Assembly: GCA_963816145.1 (NCBI GenBank)
Contig: CAWFJP010000005.1
Span: 224,001 to 288,000, forward strand
DNA: 64,000 nt
Reading direction: 5' to 3'
From: an uncultured delta proteobacterium
GTDB taxonomy: Bacteria > Desulfobacterota > Binatia > UBA9968
Shown piece after piece: positions 1 through 8,430 of this stretch. The position numbers and the translations under genes are program-made. How positions within the stretch are numbered: the stretch's first letter is position 1; every line of letters begins with the position of its first letter. The notes under the pieces were generated by a model. It was not told where the DNA came from and ran no database searches. It saw nothing but the letters and a program-made list of their open reading frames with translations.

Positions 1-1033
1 TGTTGCTGCCGTTGCCCGCCGCCATCGGTGAGACCAATAACTGCGCTGGCACTGTCACTTCCTGGCCGGCTTGTGGGTCGAAATAGATGGGTGGCGCAAT
101 GGTGCCGTCATGGGATGCCGAGAGAAATTGCGCGAAGGATTTTAACTCTCCGTGATACTCCCGCTGATGTTCGATGAGGGAGTTATATTTGGCGACCAAT
201 TGATCGTAAACTGGTTGCAAGGCTAGTAAGCGATTTTTGATCTCATCGCTGGTGGCGAGCCGCTCTTGCCACTGCGGTAGTTCTTCTTCGCGCCGGCGCA
301 GGGTGGCGCGTAGTTCTTGTTCGAGCTTTTCCGATTCCCGGACGCGCTGCTGCAAGCTATCAATCTGGTGCTCGCTGTCGGCGCTGGCGCTCAAGCGGTT
401 TTCCAATTCGGCTATTCTTGCCTCGAGTTTTTGAGTCTCCTCGCAGTGCTTCGCTTCGATGGTGCTCAGGTCGACCATTGGTGTAGCTGAGCTCTCGAGT
501 TCGCGAATTCTTGCCTGGCTTTTTTCTAGTTGCTGTTTTAGGTCGATGAGCGAGTTCTCTAACTGAGTCTGGCGTTCGTTGGCACCGCCGTCCGGTGCAC
601 CGGCATTCTGCAGTTTCGCTTCGCTGGCTTGCAGCTGGCGGCGCAGCTCTTCGACCTGAGAGTCGAGTTGGATGTTGGCGCCGCGAAGTTGTTGGATCTC
701 AGCGAGCGACGCACCGTTTTCGGCCGCCGGTTTCGCGGCGCGCAGTTCGTCGATGGCCCGGTGGGCGGCGTTTAAGTCATCTTGCAGCGCGGCCATTTCT
801 TTTTGCAGCTCTTGATTCTTCGCGCGCAGGCCGGTGATTTCGGCGCCGTTGACCGCGGCCTCCACGCCTGGCGCGGTGCCCGAAGCCGTCGAGGCCCCTT
901 CCAGACGGTCCAAAAGATTGTTGATCTCATTGCGTTTTTTCTTGAGCTCTTTCTCCGAAGCGATCAAGAATGCGCCCAGTAAAAGCACCGCGGCGCCGGA
1001 TAACAGTACGATCCAAATGAACATGCTTTCCAT
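1..1033 (-). CDS. Membrane-anchored coiled-coil protein, partial (runs off left edge)
   Basis: Read manually on the minus strand: ATG at 1033 after GGGAGA, MESMFIWIVLLSGAAVLLLGAFLIASEKELKKKRNEINNLLDRLE..., an N-terminal TM helix followed by an E/Q/L/R-rich heptad region. Absent from the ORF track, presumably because its stop lies outside the window. Confidence 0.7.
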   Translation of the reverse strand, partial: MESMFIWIVLLSGAAVLLLGAFLIASEKELKKKRNEINNLLDRLEGASTASGTAPGVEAAVNGAEITGLRAKNQELQKEMAALQDDLNAAHRAIDELRAAKPAAENGASLAEIQQLRGANIQLDSQVEELRRQLQASEAKLQNAGAPDGGANERQTQLENSLIDLKQQLEKSQARIRELESSATPMVDLSTIEAKHCEETQKLEARIAELENRLSASADSEHQIDSLQQRVRESEKLEQELRATLRRREEELPQWQERLATSDEIKNRLLALQPVYDQLVAKYNSLIEHQREYHGELKSFAQFLSASHDGTIAPPIYFDPQAGQEVTVPAQLLVSPMAAGNGSN

Positions 1034-1348
1034 AGCGATCTCCCATCGAATATTGGCTGGTTTCGATCATCCAGCAACGCTAAACCCATGCCAGATGGAG
1101 AAAGGCCGGTGCAGACCGACAAGCATGGGAGTTCTAAAGATAATTTTACCCTTGGCTGGACACTGGTCGGCGCAGTGAGGCTGAACAGAGCCGCACAAAT
1201 TGGTGAATGGCTGCGAAAACTGTAAGCCGTTGCCGCGGCGCTGACCGAAGCGGCAACTGTTTTCCCAACAAAACTTCGTCTTGAGTCGCAGTTCGCTAGC
1301 GATATCGCTGGAGTTAGGCTAAGAAAAATTACCCCAAGATGTTCTTAC

Positions 1349-2782
1349 ATGATCCCGCAAAGTCAAACCGCCGCGCCGCCAACCAGCCTATCGATCGCCG
1401 AAGAACGGGCGATCCTCACGGTCACCTGCTTGGCGGCATTTCTGTTCTTCAACAGCTTCGGCAGCATCAGCGTTGCTTTACCGACGATCCAAAAACAGTT
1501 CGGCAATAGTTTGTCGGAGATCCAATGGATCACGCTGATGGGCGTGGTGACGATCTCCAGTTTATCGTTTTGTTTCGGCCGCGCCGGTGGCATTCTCGGC
1601 CAGCGTCGACTCTACAAAATCGGCGTGGCGCTTTATGCCGCCGGTGCGGGCTTGGGCGCGCTGGCGGGTTCCTTTTCGCAACTGTTAATAGCCCGAGCGG
1701 TGATGGCGGTGGGGTTGGCGATGGCGTTGCCGATGTCGACGGCGTTGTTGGCTAGTAGTTTCGCCGTCGAGCGGCGCGGTCAGGTGCTTGGCACCTTCGC
1801 TTCGGCTATCGCGGTTGGACGCATGACCGGACCGACTGTCGGTGGTTTTCTTTTGCAGCTGGGCGGCTGGACCTGGATCTTCTGGATGAATTTCATCGTC
1901 GGCTTCGCCGTCACCTTGGCGGTGGTGAAAATTTTTCGCGGCGCAGGCGAGCAGCGGCCGGAGAAATTCGACATCTGGGGTTCTTTAGCATTGCTGATTG
2001 GCTATCCATCCTTGTTGATCGGCTTGAGCTTCGGCGCCCGGCTCGGTTGGAATTCGTCATGGGTAATCGCCTGGTTTGCCGCGGCTGCGATCGGGCTGGC
2101 GAGTTTCGTGAGAATCGAGCTGCGTACGGCAAAGCCGCTCATCGATGTGACAATTTTTCGCAATAAAGCGTTGTCCGCCGCGATCGTCGCATTGATCCTC
2201 AGTCACATGCTCTACAATCCGATCGCCTTGGCTTCGCCGCTTTATTTGCAAAACGTACTTGGCGCCAGCGCGGTTAGCGCTGGATTCCTGCTAGCGATTT
2301 TGCCGCTGTCGACAGCGTTGGCTTCGCCGCTAAGCGGTCGTTGGGCCGACCGCGTAGATGCCTCGGCGGTGACGGCGGTTGGAATCGGACTGATCGTCGC
2401 AGGTATCGCTTGTTACGCCTGCTTGGGTGTCGATTCGCATTTCGCCTTGGTCGGCGCGGTGCTGGCAGTGCTCGGTACTGGCATTGGATTCTTCACACCT
2501 GCCAATCAGAAGGTTGCATTCGCTTCAGTGGCGAAGGAAGACTACGGCGTGCTGGCGGCGATGCTAAGTTCCTTCGGCACGGCCGCCGGAACTATCGGCA
2601 CCACTATTGCCGTGGCGCTGATGGAGATGTCCGGCGGCGGCGCACTCTGGAAATCTCAAGTGGTGTTTGCTGGAGCGCAGCAATTTGCATTTGCCTGGTT
2701 GGTGCCGATTGGGCTAGTAGCCATAGTAATTTCATTGCGCGCTAGGCTGCTGCAGGTGCCAGACGCCGCCGGTAAAAATTAG
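1349..2782 (+). CDS. MFS transporter, DHA2 (EmrB/QacA-like) family
   Basis: 477 aa, ~14 hydrophobic segments, 'VALPTIQKQF', 'GPTVGGFL', 'WIFWMN' motifs. Confidence 0.85.
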   Translation: MIPQSQTAAPPTSLSIAEERAILTVTCLAAFLFFNSFGSISVALPTIQKQFGNSLSEIQWITLMGVVTISSLSFCFGRAGGILGQRRLYKIGVALYAAGAGLGALAGSFSQLLIARAVMAVGLAMALPMSTALLASSFAVERRGQVLGTFASAIAVGRMTGPTVGGFLLQLGGWTWIFWMNFIVGFAVTLAVVKIFRGAGEQRPEKFDIWGSLALLIGYPSLLIGLSFGARLGWNSSWVIAWFAAAAIGLASFVRIELRTAKPLIDVTIFRNKALSAAIVALILSHMLYNPIALASPLYLQNVLGASAVSAGFLLAILPLSTALASPLSGRWADRVDASAVTAVGIGLIVAGIACYACLGVDSHFALVGAVLAVLGTGIGFFTPANQKVAFASVAKEDYGVLAAMLSSFGTAAGTIGTTIAVALMEMSGGGALWKSQVVFAGAQQFAFAWLVPIGLVAIVISLRARLLQVPDAAGKN

Positions 2783-2824
2783 CGCGCTGGAAAGTTTACT
2801 CTGAAAAACGAAGGGAGAGCTGAC

Positions 2825-3793
2825 ATGGTTGTCGATTTTCAACATCACTATATTCCGGTGGAGTTGGCAAAGAAGCGCGGGCTCTATTCGGATACGGGCA
2901 GCACTCTGCTCCAGGAAGGCGGGCTGCCGGCGACCACTATGCACCGGCGGCTTTACGACTTGGAGTTGCAACTCAAAGACATGGACGAGGCGGGCGTGGA
3001 TGTCTCGGTATTGTCTTGCCTGCTTGGCTGGTCGGCGCCGATGGAAGAATGCCGCTTTATCAACGACGATTTGTCTGTGATTCAGAAAAAATATCCACGC
3101 CGTTTCGTCGGCTTGGCCCAGGCGCCGATTTTGGAGGGGAAACCGGCCATTACCGAACTGCGCCGGGCGATCGTTGACTTGGGCCTGCGTGGTGTGACGA
3201 TCACCTCGCAGGTGAACGGCCTTTCGCTCGACTCGCCGAAGCTTTATGAATTGTATGAGTTGGCCTGCGAGCTTGATGCACCGGTGTTTGTCCATCCGGC
3301 CTTGGTGCCGACCGGCTACGAGCATTTGAAGGATTACGATCTGCCGCGTGTGCTTGGCCGCGAAGTCGATTTGACCGTGGCGACGACGCGTCTGATCGCT
3401 GGTGGGATTTACGATCGGTTTCCCAATTTAAAGATCGTCATGGCCCACTTCGGCGGCGGCATCGCCGCGGTAAAGGACCGCCTAGTCGGCAAGGGCTACC
3501 GTTTTGGCACGCTCAAAAAGCCGTTCGGCGAATACTATGACATGGTCTACTTCGACATGGCCGGCTTCGAAGGCGGCATTACCGCGCTTCACTGCGCCCT
3601 CGAAGGCATTCGGCCCGAGCGTTTAGTATTCGCCAGTGACTATCCGCAGGACTTCACCGGCGTGAACACCGATACGGGCAAGGGGATGACCGAACTGCGC
3701 AACTACGTCGAAGCCGTGCGTAAATTGCCGCTCGGCGAGAAGGATCGGGACGACATGCTCGGGGGTACGGCGGCGCGGTTGTTAAAGCTCTAG
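2825..3793 (+). CDS. Amidohydrolase_2 family protein (ACMSD/LigW-like decarboxylase or hydrolase)
   Basis: N-terminal DFQHH, VFVHP, AHFGG, FASDYP metal-binding motifs. Confidence 0.85.
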   Translation: MVVDFQHHYIPVELAKKRGLYSDTGSTLLQEGGLPATTMHRRLYDLELQLKDMDEAGVDVSVLSCLLGWSAPMEECRFINDDLSVIQKKYPRRFVGLAQAPILEGKPAITELRRAIVDLGLRGVTITSQVNGLSLDSPKLYELYELACELDAPVFVHPALVPTGYEHLKDYDLPRVLGREVDLTVATTRLIAGGIYDRFPNLKIVMAHFGGGIAAVKDRLVGKGYRFGTLKKPFGEYYDMVYFDMAGFEGGITALHCALEGIRPERLVFASDYPQDFTGVNTDTGKGMTELRNYVEAVRKLPLGEKDRDDMLGGTAARLLKL

Positions 3794-3814
3794 CGGTGAC
3801 GAGCGTTTTTAGCG

Positions 3815-4354
3815 CTACTTTTCGTTCAATGGTTTGGCCAGACTCGCTTCGACGTAGCCGGGTTTGTTGCCGCGTTTGGATTCGACTTTTAACCAGCCCT
3901 TTTCTTCATCGACGACGTTGAGCTTGGTGCCTTTGGCGATGTCGGCGAGCGACGGGTAATGCAATCCAGGACCGCTGCGCACCTGTGTGTCGGCAACCGC
4001 TTCGTATTTACCTTCGACCAGGCTAGGTTCGCCGAATTCCGGTTTTTCGGTTTCGCCTTCGCCGGGCTTGATCGCCGCCAGTTCGATAAATCCCGGTGCG
4101 TTGCCCTTTTTCGAGACGATCAGCGCCCAATCGCCGTCGCGGCCGACGACATGGATCTTGGCATTGGCCGGGATGTCGGCTATGCCACGAAACTGCGGTC
4201 CCGGGCCGCTGCGAACCTTGGTGTTCTCGACGGTGACGTAAGGGCGGATTTGCTTGTTGAGGTCGGGAAGATCGTCGGGGCTCGCGGCTTTCTCAGCTTT
4301 CTTGCATGCCGGGATTAGTAAGAAGAGCGCTAACGTTATCCTCCAGCGGTTCAT
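3815..4354 (-). CDS. Lipoprotein with two bacterial SH3 domains
   Basis: Lipobox LLIPA|C; two repeats of VRSGPG...I/L.V....GW; start placed at MNRWR (4354). Confidence 0.75.
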   Translation of the reverse strand: MNRWRITLALFLLIPACKKAEKAASPDDLPDLNKQIRPYVTVENTKVRSGPGPQFRGIADIPANAKIHVVGRDGDWALIVSKKGNAPGFIELAAIKPGEGETEKPEFGEPSLVEGKYEAVADTQVRSGPGLHYPSLADIAKGTKLNVVDEEKGWLKVESKRGNKPGYVEASLAKPLNEK

Positions 4355-4471
4355 GTTCCTGCCTGAAAGTGCCATGGAATTCCTCCCAAATCTGTTCTCT
4401 TGCATGATTATAGCATGCTGGGAAAACCTGGGTCGAAATTTCCCGGCTGACGATGTCGTGGGATACCCTGG

Positions 4472-4891
4472 CTAGTGAATTTCTTTCCAAACCTTGGCAA
4501 GGCTCTCGCCGTAGACGCTCAAGTCCCACTCACAAAAATAACCGAACGGCGTGGTCCAGACTTGGTAGCCGGTTTCGCTCAGGCGTTGCTGCAATGTGGT
4601 AATGAGCGAGTCGGCCAACTCCGGTGGAGCGGTTAGGCCGCCCAAATGGGTGAAGGAATGGAGCACGATATTATTTAAATCACGTTTGTTGGCGAGCCAC
4701 TTGATATGCTTGAGGGTCTGACGCAGGACGGATGCGTTTCTCTCGCAGTCGCCGTCAGCCGCCTCGGCCTGGAGAAAGATGACGACTGTATCAGAGACTT
4801 CCTGGTCGATGTCTTGGTCGGCCACGTCGGGAAGCGTCTTCGAATGAGTCTTCCAGCGAAAGCGTTTGGCTTGGAAGCACAAGAGCTTCAT
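4472..4891 (-). CDS. Stand-alone archaeal-type threonyl-tRNA synthetase editing domain protein
   Basis: 139 aa; 'IVLHSFTHLG' and 'TPFGY' resemble the YPYAHL and PFGY motifs of the archaeal ThrRS N-terminal editing domain. Confidence 0.7.
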   Translation of the reverse strand: MKLLCFQAKRFRWKTHSKTLPDVADQDIDQEVSDTVVIFLQAEAADGDCERNASVLRQTLKHIKWLANKRDLNNIVLHSFTHLGGLTAPPELADSLITTLQQRLSETGYQVWTTPFGYFCEWDLSVYGESLAKVWKEIH

Positions 4892-4894
4892 CGT

Positions 4895-5461
4895 TTAGTA
4901 GTTATCCAGGAAGTTTTTCAGCAGTTTCTTGCCTTCCTCGGCGAGGATCGATTCCGGATGAAACTGCACGCCTTCGACCGGGTAAATCTGATGGCGCACA
5001 CCCATGATCACGCCATCATCGGTCCGAGCGCTGACGAGGAGTTCCGCAGGCAAGCTCTTCGGGTCGATCACCAGCGAATGATAGCGCATGGCGGCGAAGG
5101 GGTTTTTCAAGCCGCGAAAAATAGTTTTGCCGTCGTGGTTTACGTCCGATAGCTTGCCATGCATGATCGAGGGTGCGCGGATAATCCTGCCGCCGTAGGC
5201 GGCGCCGATCGATTGGTGGCCCAGGCAGACGCCAAGAATCGGCGTGTGCGCGCCGCAGCGCTTGATCGCTTCGCAGGATATGCCGGCTTCTTTCGGCGTG
5301 CACGGCCCCGGCGAGATAACGATCTTTTCCGGCCGCAGCGCGGCGATTTCGTCGAGATCGATTTTGTCGTTGTATACGACGCGAACTTCCGCGCCAAGCT
5401 CGCCCAAATAATGATACAGGTTGTACGTGAAGGAGTCGTAGTTATCGATGAGCAGGATCAT
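4895..5461 (-). CDS. trpG: Anthranilate synthase component II (glutamine amidotransferase)
   Basis: ILLIDNYDSFTYNL, SPGP, GVCLGHQ, QFHPES; ATGA overlap with trpE. Confidence 0.93.
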   Translation of the reverse strand: MILLIDNYDSFTYNLYHYLGELGAEVRVVYNDKIDLDEIAALRPEKIVISPGPCTPKEAGISCEAIKRCGAHTPILGVCLGHQSIGAAYGGRIIRAPSIMHGKLSDVNHDGKTIFRGLKNPFAAMRYHSLVIDPKSLPAELLVSARTDDGVIMGVRHQIYPVEGVQFHPESILAEEGKKLLKNFLDNY

Positions 5462-6945
5462 CGCTTCCTCCACTGTTCGGCGAGTTCCACCGCGCGCAAC
5501 ATGGCGCGGGCTTTGCTCAAGGTCTCCTGGTATTCCAGCGCCGGATCGGAGTCGGCGACGATGCCGGCGCCGGCATTGATATAAACTTTCTTGCCCTTCA
5601 TGACGATCGTGCGGATAACGATGCAGGTGTCCAAATTGCCGTTATAGCCGAAGTAGCCGATGGCGCCGGCGTAGAGGCTGCGCTTTTGCGGTTCCAGCTC
5701 GGCGATGATCTGCATTGCGCGGATTTTCGGCGCGCCGGAAACGGTGCCGGCGGGAAAGGCCGAGACGAAAAGATCGAAGGGCGTCTTGTCCGGGGCCAGC
5801 TTGCCGCGCACGTTGGAGACGATATGGATTACGTGCGAATAGCGTTCGATGGCCATCAGCTCGTTGACTTCGACGCTGCCGATGGCGGCGACCCGGCCGA
5901 CATCATTGCGGCCAAGATCGACCAGCATGATATGTTCGGCGCGTTCCTTCGGGTCCGCCAGCAGTTCGGCTTCCAGCTCGCGTTCTTCATCCGGCGTGGC
6001 GCCGCGCCGGCGGGTGCCGGCGATGGGGCGAAGTTCGATGGTATCGCCGGTGAGGCGCACCATGGTTTCGGGCGACGAACCGATGACCCGTAGATCCTCC
6101 AACTCCAGGTAATACATGTACGGCGATGGATTGACGAATCTCAGCGCGCGATAGATCTCGAAGGGATCGCTCTCGGTTTCGGTTTCCAGTCTTTGGCACA
6201 GCACGGTCTGAATGATGTCGCCGGCTTTGATATATTCCTTGGCCCGGTTGACCGCCTGTTGAAATGCTTGTGGGCTCAAGTTGGAGCGGAATTTGCGCTT
6301 GCCGCTGGCTGGGCTCAAGTCGCGCGGTTCGATGCCGCGCGGTTTTTTTTGCAGCGTCGAGATGACTTTATGAATTCGCTTAACCGCGTCGTCATAGGCC
6401 CGGCGTAAATTCGTGCCAGGGTCGACCTGGATGTTATCGATCACTTTGATGGTGTGCTTGAGATTGTCGAAGGCGATCAAGGTTTGCACAAACAAGAAAA
6501 ATATCTCGGGCATGCCGAGGGGATCTTTCCTGGCATTGACGATGCCGTGGAATTGCTCGACGGCATCGTAGGAGACGTACCCGAGTGCGCCGCCGAAAAA
6601 CGGTGGAACGCCCGGCACCGCCACGGGCCGGTAATCCTTGAGCAGTTCTTCCAGCGCTTTCAATGGCGCGTCGGTTTGCCATTTCTTCACTATGCCGTTG
6701 TCGGTCAATTCGATTTGGTTGCCGCGCGCTTTGAAAACCCGCTGCGGTCGGGTGCCGAGAAACGAGTAGCGCGCCCAGCGCTCGCTGCCTTCGACGCTCT
6801 CTAAAATAAACGCATAACGGTCGCGCTCGAGACGCTTGAAAAACGACAGCGGGGTTTCCAGGTCCATCAATAGCTCTTGATAGAGCGGCACGAGGTTGCC
6901 CTGCTTGGCAAGGCGGCTAAATTCTTTGAAGCTAGGTTGAATCAT
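5458..6945 (-). CDS. trpE: Anthranilate synthase component I
   Basis: LESVEG, NPSPYM, PIAGTRRRG, AEHIMLVDLGRND, FPAGTVSGAPK motifs; Trp attenuator upstream. Confidence 0.95.
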   Translation of the reverse strand: MIQPSFKEFSRLAKQGNLVPLYQELLMDLETPLSFFKRLERDRYAFILESVEGSERWARYSFLGTRPQRVFKARGNQIELTDNGIVKKWQTDAPLKALEELLKDYRPVAVPGVPPFFGGALGYVSYDAVEQFHGIVNARKDPLGMPEIFFLFVQTLIAFDNLKHTIKVIDNIQVDPGTNLRRAYDDAVKRIHKVISTLQKKPRGIEPRDLSPASGKRKFRSNLSPQAFQQAVNRAKEYIKAGDIIQTVLCQRLETETESDPFEIYRALRFVNPSPYMYYLELEDLRVIGSSPETMVRLTGDTIELRPIAGTRRRGATPDEERELEAELLADPKERAEHIMLVDLGRNDVGRVAAIGSVEVNELMAIERYSHVIHIVSNVRGKLAPDKTPFDLFVSAFPAGTVSGAPKIRAMQIIAELEPQKRSLYAGAIGYFGYNGNLDTCIVIRTIVMKGKKVYINAGAGIVADSDPALEYQETLSKARAMLRAVELAEQWRKR

Positions 6946-6951
6946 TGGTTG

Positions 6952-6992
6952 AAAATAAAAAGGGCCATAAGTTAATCACCTATGGCCCTTTT
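6952..6992 (-). terminator. trp attenuator terminator hairpin
   Basis: Minus strand AAAAGGGCCATA-GGTGATTAACT-TATGGCCCTTTTTATTTT immediately upstream of the trpE start. Confidence 0.85.
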
Positions 6993-7015
6993 GTCAGTTA
7001 AGTTGGTCGACGCAT

Positions 7016-7087
7016 TCAGCCATGGTGCTGCTGGTTCGAGTACCAGCGCCGCCAGCCACGCCAAATATATTTCACAAAACACGTCAT
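7016..7087 (-). CDS. trpL: trp operon leader peptide MTCFVKYIWRGWRRWYSNQQHHG
   Basis: 23-codon ORF with three TGG codons (WRGWRRW), directly upstream of the terminator and trpE. Confidence 0.85.
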   Translation of the reverse strand: MTCFVKYIWRGWRRWYSNQQHHG

Positions 7088-7094
7088 GACCGGC

Positions 7095-7123
7095 ATACTG
7101 CCGCATTGATGATGATGCGTCAA
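7095..7123 (-). promoter_or_regulatory. Putative sigma70 promoter of the trp leader
   Basis: Minus strand TTGACG-17 nt-CAGTAT, ending 7 nt before the leader ATG. Confidence 0.5.
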
Positions 7124-7465
7124 GGGCGCTAGCTTTTGACTATTGATATCTCGGCTGTTTGCCGGAGGTTATTCCATCGGGACGGCGTTCTCTCGAAAGC
7201 GCGGAGACTTTTCTGTGCAGTCGTTAGTGCGCCTCGCCGGCGCCGGATTGTCGGGTTGGGTTGGGCCAGATTGCGACACTGGTTGATTCTAGCTTTTCAG
7301 CGTCCTTGGCAATGGGCTGGCACGGACCGCTTGCGCGGTTGCCCAATCGTAATTTTCCACGGTTTGACAAGCTCCTTGGCTTGGCTTAAAACGCCATTTC
7401 TGGCTGATTCGTAATTTGCTATGACGAGCGGCCGACGGCAGCCTTTGCCGCTTCATGGAGGAAAC

Positions 7466-8245
7466 ATGGTTCGGCGCGAGAAAGCTAATTATGTGATTCA
7501 GTCGGTATCCCATGCTCTAGATGTTTTGGAGCAGTTCAGCGGTAACGTCGACGAGATCGGTGTCACCGAACTGAGCAAGCGTTTGAAGCTCCACAAGAAT
7601 AACGTGTTTCGCTTGCTCGCCACCCTCGAAGCGCGCGGCTATATCGAGCAAAACAAGTCTTCGGAAAACTACCGGCTGGGGCTCAAGTGTCTGCAAATCG
7701 GCCAGACCTACATCCACCAGATGGGCTTGCTGATGCAGTCCCGCTCGATCTTGGAATCCCTGGCGAAATCGACTAGGGAAAGCGTTTATGTCGGTATCCG
7801 CAAGGGTGGGTTCGTTATGCCGCTCGATTTTGTCGAGCCGCAGCGCGCCGTGCGGGTAGTGTCGTTCTTGGGAACGGCGTTGCCGGCCCATTGCACAGCG
7901 GCGGGAAAGATTCACTTGGCCTTCGAAGCTGACGGGGGCCTGCGTCAGACCCTCGCCGAACGTCTCGAACGTTTCACCGACAAGACGATCGTCGAGCGCG
8001 GCGCCTTGGACGCGCATATCGGTCAGATCGCCACGACCGGTTATGCCGTCGAAAAAGGGGAGTTTACTGACGAGGTGAATTCGGTGGCGGTGCCGATTCG
8101 CGACTATACGCGGACACTTGTCGGCACGTTGGCGGTGGTGGGGCCCAGCCAGCGTTTGACCGACGAAGCGATCGACCGCGATATCGTGCCGAGCTTGTTG
8201 CGCGCCGGCGATGAGCTGTCGCGCCGCTTGGGGTTTGCCGCTTAG
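7466..8245 (+). CDS. IclR family transcriptional regulator
   Basis: 'IQSVSHALDVLE' HTH start, 'HCTAAGK', 'SVAVPIRD'; GGAGGA RBS before ATG 7466. Confidence 0.9.
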   Translation: MVRREKANYVIQSVSHALDVLEQFSGNVDEIGVTELSKRLKLHKNNVFRLLATLEARGYIEQNKSSENYRLGLKCLQIGQTYIHQMGLLMQSRSILESLAKSTRESVYVGIRKGGFVMPLDFVEPQRAVRVVSFLGTALPAHCTAAGKIHLAFEADGGLRQTLAERLERFTDKTIVERGALDAHIGQIATTGYAVEKGEFTDEVNSVAVPIRDYTRTLVGTLAVVGPSQRLTDEAIDRDIVPSLLRAGDELSRRLGFAA

Positions 8246-8430
8246 CCGCCACAGTATCGCTTCGGCATGGCGCCGGCGCCGCAAGGGCGGTGCTCGGTTT
8301 GTATCGCATCAATGGAGTGGAGGGGCGGCGGGGGATTTGCCGCGCTAGTGATAATTTCTCGCCCAATATTTTGACAATCTCCGGCAGTCAACGTTAAGTA
8401 GGAATTGAAACGGAGGGCGGTTACACCGCG

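Noticed and set aside
7517-8284. Long antisense ORFs in the track (e.g. 7517-8284, 21153-22091, 34964-35827, 50231-51139)
   Set aside because: Shadow frames opposite well-supported genes, expected in GC-rich DNA; no motifs
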